The notes beneath the pieces were generated by a model. The model was not told the DNA's origin. It ran no database searches and was given only the letters and a program-made list of their open reading frames with translations. A DNA stretch of 33,246 bases from Dimargaris cristalligena (Eukaryota), in NCBI GenBank assembly GCA_003614675.1, contig ML002411.1, forward strand, positions 1 to 33,246, given 5' to 3'. Shown here in pieces: positions 23,061-33,246 of this stretch (position 1 is its first letter; the number at the start of each line of letters is the position of its first letter). A program made the position numbers and the translations under genes.

Positions 23061-24563
23061 ATGCTGGACTGGCTGAACAATCTACGCTGGCCCTCATTGT
23101 CGGGTGGCCCGGCCTCCCTCTCACCCCAACGGGCCCAAGTACTGCTAGCCGCCGCCTCCGCCTCCATCGTCACCGCGGGTTCCATTTTCGCCTTCCAATC
23201 CTACCGCCGCAAACATTACCTCCGGCAACTAAAGGACGAGCTGTTGGCCACGGTGGACACCCCAGCATCGACTCTCCAGACCAGCCGCCTCAACCAACTA
23301 GGCCTGCCCATGTCGCCCGATTTACCCGATCTCGTGGGGGCAGACGATGTCCACATGGACAAGGGCGGTAATTTCCCTACGGGTGCTACTACTATTACTC
23401 AGTCGACGACGACTCATCCGGAATTCCTGGTGCGTGAGCAGCTGGCGCGTAACATCGCCTTTCTCGGGGAAGACGGCGTGGCTCGATTGCGCCGCGCCCG
23501 GGTGGTGGTTGTGGGGGCGGGGGGTGTCGGGTCCTGGGCCACGGTAATGCTCGCCCGCTCGGGGGTCGAATACATCCGCGTCATTGATTTCGACCAAGTC
23601 ACCCTGTCCTCACTGAACCGCCATGCCGTCGCAACCCTCGCTGATGTGGGCACCCCCAAAGTGGTGGCCCTGAAAAACCGCCTGGCCCAGGTCACCCCCC
23701 AAGTGACCATCGATGCCCGGGTGACTTTGTTCGATAAATCCTCCGCACCCACCCTCCTGGAAGGTGGTGACAGGGGTCCCATCGACATGGTACTGGACTG
23801 TATCGATCACATTGACACCAAACTCGAGCTACTCCACTACTGCCATACCCACCAACTCCCCGTGATCAGTGCCATGGGCGCGGGGGCCAAATGCGACCCC
23901 TCCCGGGTCCAAATTTCCGATATCAGCGAAACTTTTGAAGACCCCCTGGCTCGGGCCGTGCGCCGCAGTCTCAAAAAGATGGGCGTCAACGGAGGGATTC
24001 CGGTGGTCTATTCCACCGAAAAACCCGGCCAGGTCCGGCTCCTACCGCTGGATGAAAGTCGCGTGGCCGACGCCGATGAATTCGCCGTGTTGCCCGATTT
24101 CCGGGCCCGGATTTTGCCCGTGTTAGGCACCCTCCCGGCCATTTTCGGTATGGCCATGGCGACCTACGTGATCTGCCAACTCGCGGCGTTTCCCCTGGAA
24201 CCCCTGGCCATCAAGCAACGCGATGCGCTCTACCACCGCCTCCACCGCGATCTGTGCAACCGCGACGGCCACCACCACCACCACCAGAAAGGAGTACCTT
24301 TGTCCCAGGATGACGTAGCGTATAGTTTCGAGGAAATCTGGCGCGGCCGCAGCGTTATATCGGGGTCGTTTGAGAAACCCGCGCTCACGCGATGGCACCA
24401 CGACCAGCCCTTGTCACTCCAGAATTGTGTGTGCATGACTAAACACGAAGCGAGTATCCATGATGCCCTTACCGTGCCACCGGAGGAATACTACCCCTCT
24501 GATGTGGTTGAACGAGTCCAGGCCCGGTTCCGTGAAGAGATGCGGCTGGGTCAGTGGCGATAA
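23061..24563 (+). CDS. TCD1: tRNA threonylcarbamoyladenosine dehydratase (TcdA / yeast Tcd1-Tcd2 family, ThiF/E1-like), 500 aa
   Basis: N-terminal hydrophobic anchor, then EQLARNIAFLG, VVVGAGGVGSW, DFDQVTLSSLNRH, DCID, SAMGAGAKCDP, DPLARAVR, GIPVVYSTEKP and LPVLGTLPAIFG. The TCD1 versus TCD2 paralog cannot be assigned. Confidence 0.93.
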   Translation: MLDWLNNLRWPSLSGGPASLSPQRAQVLLAAASASIVTAGSIFAFQSYRRKHYLRQLKDELLATVDTPASTLQTSRLNQLGLPMSPDLPDLVGADDVHMDKGGNFPTGATTITQSTTTHPEFLVREQLARNIAFLGEDGVARLRRARVVVVGAGGVGSWATVMLARSGVEYIRVIDFDQVTLSSLNRHAVATLADVGTPKVVALKNRLAQVTPQVTIDARVTLFDKSSAPTLLEGGDRGPIDMVLDCIDHIDTKLELLHYCHTHQLPVISAMGAGAKCDPSRVQISDISETFEDPLARAVRRSLKKMGVNGGIPVVYSTEKPGQVRLLPLDESRVADADEFAVLPDFRARILPVLGTLPAIFGMAMATYVICQLAAFPLEPLAIKQRDALYHRLHRDLCNRDGHHHHHQKGVPLSQDDVAYSFEEIWRGRSVISGSFEKPALTRWHHDQPLSLQNCVCMTKHEASIHDALTVPPEEYYPSDVVERVQARFREEMRLGQWR

Positions 24564-24616
24564 AAGACGCACGTATAAATACAAAGCCTACTCCAGACAG
24601 TCCGTTGGGGATGGCT

Positions 24617-24640
24617 TCTCTCTCTCTCTCTCTCTCTCTC
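24617..24640. repeat. (TC)12 microsatellite in the TCD 3' region
   Basis: Direct reading of the sequence. Confidence 0.9.
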
Positions 24641-27600
24641 TGTTGACCCCCTTTTTATTATTTTTTAATGAATATAGTTATTTTCTCCGCTTGTTTTGGG
24701 ATGTTTAGATTGTTTTTTTATTTTTATAAATGGGCTAGGCAATGTTGCCCTAGCCGGATATCTAGTATTGAGGGTTCTCGTTCACTTTCTTTCACCCCTC
24801 TGCCCTGCGCCCTACAGCGAATTCTTCAGGTGGAGATGATTGGGTGGGATTTGAGTCATAATGTAAAGCATTATAAGTAAACCTATGTTCAGTATATTTG
24901 GGCTTGGCGTTTGATATTGGCCTTATTACAAAACAATATCAAATTTATGACATCTGGGCCTTCACAAGGCACCGCCAGCTCCATCATTTTTACTATTGGT
25001 TTTGTCTTGGCTTGGCTGAGCACCCCCAAAAACCGGGAGGTTAAGTAGGTGCTCAGTTATCATGACCAGTTCAAACCGGCCCCACTAGTTGGGAATCGCC
25101 CACTTTTCAACCTAAAAATGGATTGTAGTATATTGGAATATTTCGAGCCGTCTTCTGATCCCGTATGGCTCACTCAGAAACTTAACCTCCCCCTGCCGGG
25201 TGATATATTATTTAATTTCAAGTTGCACATATTTTTGATTGGGAGAAGGGGAGATCATTTAGCTGGCCTGGATACAAGAGCGTGCCCATCACCACAGTAA
25301 TTTTCTACCCTTTCTTTTCAAAGCATCCACATATTTCCTTGTTCTAAATCAAATCAAGAAGTACTCTCTCCCTTACTGTATAAGCTGATTCGAATTAGGT
25401 CACATTCCGAAACCACGGTCTGGTTGACTAAAAAAAATAGTACGAAAAGTTCCTTTTCCTTGCTTAAAAACCGGACCGGGTTCTCTGTGGATATGGAGCC
25501 ACCCGGTTTAAAATAATCTGTAGGCAGTAGATTACAGGCCTCTATTAAGCTCAATATTATCCCTAGCAATTCTTAAAACGGCCGATGGCCCAATAGCTCG
25601 ACCACGGAGTGAGACAGCCGTGTTTACACAATACGCACCCCGACATCCCAAATATTACATTCGGCGGATTTACATTGTTACTTTACTCGGGCTATGGTGA
25701 GGCATATAGGCAGCCCTCATGGCACCAGCCCACTGAAGGGTGAACACTTCATCAAATACTCATCACTTAAGCGTAAACACTGTATTTTTTAATTTCTCAT
25801 TTGTAGGGGAGTGCAATAAGAAAAAGCGAATACTCCTTATTCCATCCTTATAATTCAAAGTGCACCCATCCATATAATAAATAAATGGATCTATAATTAA
25901 GCAGTTACCATCTCTGGGCATATGGCCGTAGTGACTGGAATTTCTGGTACCAATTCTCCCAGATCCCCCGTCTCAGGCGAGTTGGGAATAGTGAGGGAAG
26001 TTAAATTGACTTGCTTAAGACGCCCATTCTTTTCAATGATGAAGCTCATCGCTTATTTTCCGTATCAGCAGTGGTTGACAGGTGGATTGGCGGTCGTCGA
26101 ATGATTTACCCCATCGTGATTCTTTTAACCATAGTCCTTGGGACGTTTCAACTGATCTCTTAGCCTTGCCTAACTGATACATGCCATTCGAATCACACTC
26201 TGCTTGGTGGTTATTCCTGGGCACCCGAGTACACTGTTCTAAATTAGGACGCGAGGGTGGGACAGGGCCTGGGTATCATGAGTACGGGGATTCGCTAATT
26301 CGCCACCATTGTTGTCCCACTCCCACTCCCCCTCGCCCAACTTCCCAGTTAAGCCAAATTCATTACTTCTCATATCCAATATACTGTGTTTCATTTATTT
26401 AGCACTTGGTTTGTTCCCTCGGTGGCAATTCACCTGGATCTAATCGGAAGGGAAACAGCACCCATACACTTTCTGGTTTCTGGTAGAGAGGGGCGCAGAG
26501 AATGGAACCACTGAGGCATGTTAAGAAAACAAGCCGAATCTTTAGGGGTTTGCCCATCTATAGTTGATCCCGGTAAATTGAGGGAGGCTTATCCACCTAA
26601 TTGGTAAGCGCCGCCATATGGGCACTGCTATTAAGCGAGAAAATTAGAAACCCTTAAGGGGCAGGGGAGGGCTGTATCCGGATACCCTTTTAGCCTGATT
26701 TATTAATTTTTTGTTTGAGGGCCGGAATATCTCCGGTAGTTTTTGTAAGGCATGCTACTTAACTTCAACTAGTGTCGTTAGCCAGATTAGTCGAGTTGGG
26801 TAGCCCCCTTAAATCAGATAGTCAAGGCGGTGAGCTAAACACTTTGTCGGAGTCCAGCTATCAGGATATTCACAAAAATTTGTGAATGCGGGAGGTCAGT
26901 GTTGGTGCAGTAATGGTCTATTTAAAAGGTGCAGATGGCTCACCCAGCAGACCCAATAAAGTCCAATTCAGTGGAAACGGGCAGTGTTAGGGGTTTCTTT
27001 TTGATTTTTTACCCAGCCCATTATCCGCATTCGGCTGCACACTGCATATGTTACTACCTACCTACCCACCTCCCCCTCCTGAATGAGAAATAATCTGACT
27101 TGGTTAGTGATGCATTTTTCATTCCTTGCGTGTGTACTCCCTCAGTCCGCAGGAATGACGAGGCGTGTAAAACCATAAATAAAACAGACTTGCTATGAGT
27201 CGAACGAAACGGGGAGGAGGTTGGCGAGTCATTGTTTCTGTTTGGATTTTGTTCAGATGAAGTAGAGTTTTATTTAAAGTGAATCTAAGGCAGGCGACCT
27301 TTTGGCCATGATTTGCCATCCACAGGGAACATATTAAAGGATGAATGGCTCAAAAACCCTCAAAAGCTACAAATAAAGAGGGAAAGGACATGGTAGGATG
27401 GCCCTCAAGCTGTTGTCTATTCGACTAGTTCGACTTATTTCCCGGAAGCTGCAGGTAAAACTATGCAATTCTTAAACACGATATTAAAAGGAGTAGTTCC
27501 GAAGAGCCTGGTCGACACTTACGGGGCTACATTATCCGGTTAAGTTGCTGAACTTGGGCTATTTGTTACCGGTAAGGCTTCTTCCTCCCGCCCCCGAAGC

Positions 27601-29009
27601 TCGGAGGAATAGGCCAATTTAGACATTTCCCGATGGTCTCCAACTAGCTGGAATACCCTGTCCCGCCTCTAACCCTCACGTTTTGGATTGCAATGGGCTA
27701 GTCACACGCACATGTATACTATGAACAGTATGTCCCTAGACGAATGTGTTACCACTTTGCAGTTCAGCCACAGTCTTATCACCTTGTGCACTGGGGCCGA
27801 CCAAGGCTGGCCTGGTCGAGAGCTACTCCTTTCTTCAGGCAACATTGTTATTATCTAATTTACCGGTGCGAGTCGGCCAAGCACTATTGGGGGGGGATGT
27901 CTCCGATTCTTTATCATAAGGTTGGCAGTGGGATCCCAGAAGTATATATTAATCACTTAAACATACCACACCGCATGGTGGGCGGCTTGTTTCAGGAGGG
28001 TTTGCTCCGAACTAACTCCGCAAGCCCACCGACTCGCTCCTCGATATTTTCTTTTTCCCAGTATCCTCTTTCCCCCGTCTCCTGTGGTCGTTCTGCGGTA
28101 TTCCACACTAATAGCGACCCACTCCTGTGCCCAACTAATAATCGCTGGAATCCCCTTTGCATAGGGATTCCAAACACTGGGAGGAAAGGAGTGCCACTGT
28201 AATGCAAGCCGTGCAACTTTTCGGAGCGCCCGTTGGCCTCCCACTCTCGTTTTTTCTCTCCCCTAACGTCCGTTTCTCATACCCCTCCTTTTTTCATACA
28301 CTCCCCAACTCCGATAATATCCCAAGAAACGGTCGTTCAGCCCAGTAATTTTATCTGCAGCTAGTGAGTGAATAGTAGCGTATTTTCTCTCTCTCGTTCT
28401 CTCTCTCTCCAAAGGTGGGTATGGCTCGGGTCGTGCTTGGGGGGCTGGCTCAATTCATTTCGAGCCAGCCGCGGCCTGATTTTTTGACCGAGTGGTACTG
28501 GGAGTAGCTGCAGTCTCCTTCCTTTTCTTATGGGGTGTCTCCAACCGGTGAAAAGGACCTAGCGGACCAAAACCTGTTTTATTTTACTATGGCTGAAGCA
28601 GCCGGTACCGTTACTAGTTGGGAAATCCGCTATTGATGGACTGCAGCGATGTGCAAAGGGCCCATCCCCCTTCGGTGGCTATTTAATCCGCTCCTCCCGG
28701 CCGCCCCCTTCGTCCTTTTCACTAGACTTATACTGTACCTTCTCCCCTCCCCTCCACCTTACCTTCGTGTCATTTACCGGAGCCATCATCTTTTTTTATC
28801 AAGATTGCCTGATGCAACCCTCCCATTCTTAGGGCTTATACTATTCGACCTTCTCCATTTTTACCATTGTTCTCTGCCCTTCCTTCGCTCTTGTTTGATC
28901 ACTTTCCTCGACAATCTTTGGACGGGGCTCGTCCACTATTTAAATTGCTATATTGATCCAATTCATCGCCGCTGTCCAAACCTGCCAGTCCCCCCATCAA
29001 AACAGCACA

Positions 29010-31069
29010 ATGGTCTTCGAGATTCGATTTCCCAGTTACTCCGGCACTCCCCGGTGTCGGCCTGATTCAGTCCTCGCAGGTAATTATTGGTATTTTTGGA
29101 ACCCATTTGGGCTCAATGTGATAACCATTTGGGTTCGGGGGCAGACACCCGCTTAAACAACCTACCAGTTTACGATCCGGCTTGCCATTCTTATATTGGG
29201 TGATGCGTTCTATTCTCCTCACCCCCTTCCCTCACTAAATAGCCATCTAACCGTTCTAGCTTGGGCCGATCTACCATTTTTTACTTTACTTTCCTTATCC
29301 TGTGCTTCTGCTCAATTTAGGTGTAGTAATGCTAAAAAATACCCGGACGATATCTGCCAAATCACTGATTCTTACTTTTAAGGGTGTCGAGCGCATCAAC
29401 AGCAACCCCTCATTTCCCACTTACAATTCGCCCGCGGCCCAGCAGCTAGCCTCCAACCAATGGCTAGAACACATTTATTTCCAACGGGAGTCCATTCTGC
29501 TGGGCGAGGGCGAAGAGTCGATATTCCTGGAGCCCGGGCTCCACCTCTACCATTTTGCCTGTAGCATGCCCTTTATGAACTACCCTAGCTCCATTCGCTC
29601 CCCCCAGTTTGAGATTGTGTATACTTTGACCGCCCGGTTGGAGTGTCCCCGCGACGACGTCACCAAGAAACTCTCCCTCCCGGCCGCGATTCACTTTGAA
29701 CCCTTACCCCTCGTGGTCCCCCACCTGCCCGAGTCGCTCAAGTGTTTCAACACCAACGTCCTGGACGGCGACAAGGTCCTGTTCCACCTCCACGCCAACT
29801 TCATGAAGAACAGCTTCGGCCCGGGGGAGCCCTTCTCCATGGGACTGGTTCTGAAACCTGTCACCCCCCGCCTGGTTAAATCCGCCCGGGTGATGCTCAA
29901 GGAACATGTTCAGTGTCATTTGCGCAACGCGTTTGATCATACGGAGGAACCCCTTTGGTACAACCACCGGATTATCCACCATGACATACTCCACCTCAAT
30001 CGGATCGCCAGCGAGATGAGCCGCGACCCTTATGTAGCCACCGTCAGTTTCGAGCTGCCCGACTTTTTTCAGCCCAATAACAGCGTCTATCTCTCGTTCA
30101 ACTACACCATCTGTATCGTACTCAAAGTGGCCACGGGGTTTTTGCTCACGAGCAACAAGGAAATCTCGGTCGAAGTCCCCATTACCATCATTCGCCCCGA
30201 GAAAACCCCCAACCCCAACTCCACCAAAGCGTCTAGCCATCGGGCTGGCGTAGGCAGTGGTGGTACGGGCGACGCCAGTTCCGTTCATTCGTCCCGGGCC
30301 TCCTCAACCTACAGTCCCTCCCTCCAATCCGATATGTTTAATTTCACCACCTATAACCCCCAATCCCAACCGAACCATCCCGCTGCAGGGGGGGGGTGCT
30401 CACCACCCTTCCCCGCCGTCTTTTCCCCCCATGATGTACTCCATCCGGTATGCCCTCCCCATCATCCATCCCCCGTCTATGAAGGATATTCCAATCCCCG
30501 ATGATATGCCCGTGCCCCAGCTGGAAAATCTCCTGCGGTCGGTGTTGCCCCGGTCCAAAACCGAACAATCCGCGTCTCTGTCCTCCCCCAGCGGCGGCGG
30601 CGGTGGTGGCGGTAACAGTGGTCCTCCGTATAGGCCAAACTATTCCAGTCCGCTGAATAGTAGTGGTAGTGGCAATAATAGCAGTAATCAAGCGGGTTAC
30701 GCGACTACCATGGTCGTCTCCACGAGGGGGGGAGGACTCTACCATGAGCTCATTAGTCGAGGGGATAGGACAGCTGGTCAACGTAGTGATGGGTCCAGTA
30801 GTACTACTACTACCAGCCCTACTCCCCGCCACAGCAGCCGCAGCGCCAGTGAAATGAGTGACCTTTCCCAAGTCTCCCGGGTCCTTAACGATACCCTGGT
30901 CCAGCGTCCACCTAGCCCGGCCGATTCCGATAACGGTCCCCTGATAACTTCCGTGCCTGCGAAAGCCAAGTCCGGTATATTGGGGATGATAAAACCGTCT
31001 AGTGCGGTGGCATCCGTGATATCGCTCGCTTCTTTATCATCGAATATTATAGTCCCATCTCCGGATTAG
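29010..31069 (+). CDS. Alpha-arrestin-like protein; exon 1 29010-29079, exon 2 from 29321. As written it stops at 30504 (417 aa); a +1-frame tail continues to 31069.
   Basis: The spliced N-terminus ..VLAGVVMLKNTRTISAKSLILTFKGVERI.., then LEPGLHLYHFACSMPFMNYPSS..FEIVYTLTARL, F.PGE and ISVEVPITI, fits arrestin N and C domains. The low-complexity S/G/P tail lies in ORF 30257-31069. Confidence 0.82.
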
Positions 31070-32448
31070 AAGAATCCCCTTCCCCCTCCCCAACTCGGCC
31101 ATCGTGTATCTTACAGGCAATCCTGTCAGTGTGACTACCGCCCCTTTTTCACTCACTCTCATTCACCTCACACACATTAAACTTGTTATGGTCAGTTTGT
31201 CTTTGTTTAACCTGTAATTTTATCTCCTTCTATTTTTATATATGAGGCAGTCTTAATGGTTTAATGCTCGTATCAGTATCGCATTCTTATATAAACTTTT
31301 TACGTTACTTGAGTGGGATCTAATTTTCAAAATAGCTGAATCTTTGTAAACTAGGTTTAGTGTGTTGACGAACATAACAGGGGATGCAAATGTATTAAAT
31401 GTCCATGTCGATATATACGATCTCATGGCCGCATTGCCACCTTATTTTGCACTTACGACTGTACTCTGAATTAGCATGACATAATATGTTCTTGGAGCCC
31501 GCTAGATAAAATATAGCCAGTTATAAATGTCATGGGCATATGCTCTACAGATGAATCAGTTTTCGGCATGTTTGTATATTTCTAAATACCCGGTTAGTAT
31601 TATAACAAAAAAAACACGAGTAATTGGCATGACTTAAACATTTCGAGTGATGTAATTGACAATATACTGGACTATACACTTTGGTCCGGAAATGTTACAT
31701 TAACATGATGGGATATCCTCTACATCAGGCAATTAGTCAGAAAGGATTGGAATAAACGGAGTCGCATACACGAGTCCGTTTTAGTGAATAATTTCTGACT
31801 CCTAGCGAATAAACCATTGGTGGGGGGGGGGATTATCGACAGCTCCCCCCTCCCAACTGATATTCCGTAGTCTACCCCTCATATGGTTATTTTGATTTTT
31901 ACTGAGAGACAACTAAGGCGAACGCTCGACCATGCGTTTTTTGGATTAGGAATATCCGTGTATATTTCTGTAACTTGGCTGTGCTACTTGCCAAGCCCCG
32001 TTTGGGTCGGATATTTTTCCTGCCCGACCACCTAAGAAAATACTGCGCTTTCTTCTTCATATATTCTTCGTTGATTTTTTTGAACCTCGTGGGCCTTGCC
32101 AACTCTCTTAAGCCCACCTGGTGGGCCGCGTGGGTGCGGGCACCCTTGTTCACCCTCCGCCAAGCTTCCATAGGCCACACATAAATCTTCTGTATCTCCG
32201 ACCACCATAACTAATCTGGCCCTGGTGGTACGGCTTGACGTATTTTTCGGCAGTCATCTCTAAGAGAACAGGGGAGGGGGGAAGTCGTCATCTGGAATTC
32301 CAATATCACATACTATTTTTAGGCTAAAGGGAAGGCAGGCGCAGTGTGCTCAGGTATCGGCTAATTTTCTGTTGTATACATTCATCCGTTTGGGCGACCA
32401 GCGTATCAAACCTCCCTAAGCCAGCTGCACTCCCAACATTCCAATTGA

Positions 32449-32456
32449 TATAAATA
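32449..32456 (+). promoter_or_regulatory. Putative TATA box (TATAAATA) of the small secreted peptide gene
   Basis: Canonical TATA about 140 nt upstream of the ACCATGG start at 32593, followed by a C/A-rich leader. Confidence 0.5.
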
Positions 32457-32592
32457 CATATGCTCACATTCTCTATATTCTCAACCATCATCCACATTCC
32501 ACTACAATCCCCTCCCTCTTAAAGTATCTCTACCACCACCACCACCCACATCTCCTTTCACCAACCGTCTCCTTACCACCCAACAATTCACC

Positions 32593-32823
32593 ATGGCCCG
32601 TTTCCTGTCCCCCATTGTCCTTCTCGCCGTTGTCCTCGCTGCTTCGACTACTACTGCCCAGAACCCCGCTGAGACCCAGGCCACCTTTCACCATCACAAT
32701 GTCATTACCAGAAACAAGTTTGCCCTCAGGGGAGCTGCTGCTGGCAGTTTTACTTTAGGCAAGACTAGTGCCCTTGGGGGTGCCCTTATTGGCCATGCCA
32801 CTGACAAGAAGTACAGTCATTAA
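32593..32823 (+). CDS. Small secreted Gly/Ala-rich (glycine-zipper-like) peptide, 76 aa
   Basis: Strong Kozak context (CACCATGG), signal peptide MARFLSPIVLLAVVLAASTTTA, a GAAAG..LGGALIGH tail, and an upstream TATA. Confidence 0.7.
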   Translation: MARFLSPIVLLAVVLAASTTTAQNPAETQATFHHHNVITRNKFALRGAAAGSFTLGKTSALGGALIGHATDKKYSH

Positions 32824-33036
32824 GTCTGCCTATGTGAGTTGCCATCACTGGTTAGCATTACTTACCTGGTTTACTGGTTGAGAATTATAGATGTTTTTAG
32901 TTCTACCAAAGACAAACTACTAAAATAGGACACTGGTGTATGTTAACTCTAGCTGGGTTATCCCCTGACTCTTTAGTTAGCCCATTTTAGAGCTCCCTGT
33001 TTATTTATATACTGTTCATCCAATGGATTTTATTGA

Positions 33037-33246
33037 TGTCACCCGAGTTAACCACTCTTAGTCCGTCAAGAGTCTCGAGGATAGGCTTCTAACAGTAGGT
33101 GGGGCGTTGGATACGGCCAAGCGGGCTACTAGTGTTAGGGGCGGTGACAAGACTAACCGAATAAAGCAAGCGTAGGACATAGGCGAGGTCCGTGCACTAG
33201 ATGCACACTTACTGGTCAGTACTAGGGGGTGAGTGTATATAGAGTA
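33037..33246 (-). mobile_element. End of an LTR-like repeat, truncated by the window edge; relative of 11961-12744
   Basis: Begins TGTCAC. The segment actcttagtccgtcaagagtctcgaggataggcttctaacagtaggtgggg matches the revcomp of ~12678-12728 (actcttagtccattaagagtcctaaagataggcttctagcagtaggtaggg). Confidence 0.65.

Noticed and set aside
26036-26155. Possible box C/D snoRNA (ATGATGA ... CTGA)
   Set aside because: No convincing terminal stem or recognisable rRNA-complementary guide; such short motifs arise by chance.
26868-26887. Palindrome ATTCACAAA-AA-TTTGTGAAT, and a G/C hairpin near 31820-31855
   Set aside because: Short and isolated, with no TSD, Helitron CTRR end or RNA-gene context.
27744-29065. 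ORFs of 152 aa (27744-28202) and 138 aa (28649-29065) upstream of the arrestin
   Set aside because: Composition and codon usage are unlike the real genes, and no motifs were recognised; probably promoter or 5' UTR sequence.
1-33246. tRNA, rRNA or CRISPR arrays
   Set aside because: GTTCGA occurrences lack cloverleaf context, and no regularly spaced direct repeats or rRNA-like segments were seen.

Overview
Eukaryotic genomic DNA with GT-AG introns of about 160-270 nt and GC3-rich exons. It is most likely from an early-diverging (zoopagomycete-like) fungus, which is an inference from gene content and style. Conserved genes: the 5' end of an unidentified minus-strand gene, LSM7 (3 exons), MRE11 (6 exons), intronless ADE6/PFAS, a TBC-domain protein with a non-canonical Gln finger, a TCD1/TCD2-type tRNA ct6A dehydratase, and an alpha-arrestin whose C-terminal tail is out of frame at a G9 run. 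The ~9.6 kb between MRE11 and ADE6 is an accessory island. It holds a solo LTR with a near-perfect TSD, a decayed DIRS-type tyrosine recombinase, an orphan secreted acidic protein, a second LTR-like relic, and a full-length dead DD34D mariner. The last two lie in about 2.3 kb with no CpG and many C>T/G>A changes, including in CpA context, which resembles RIP. A less-mutated relative of the second LTR begins at the right window edge, next to a small secreted Gly-zipper peptide gene whose 3' half appears hit by the same mutational process. I found no tRNA, rRNA or CRISPR array.
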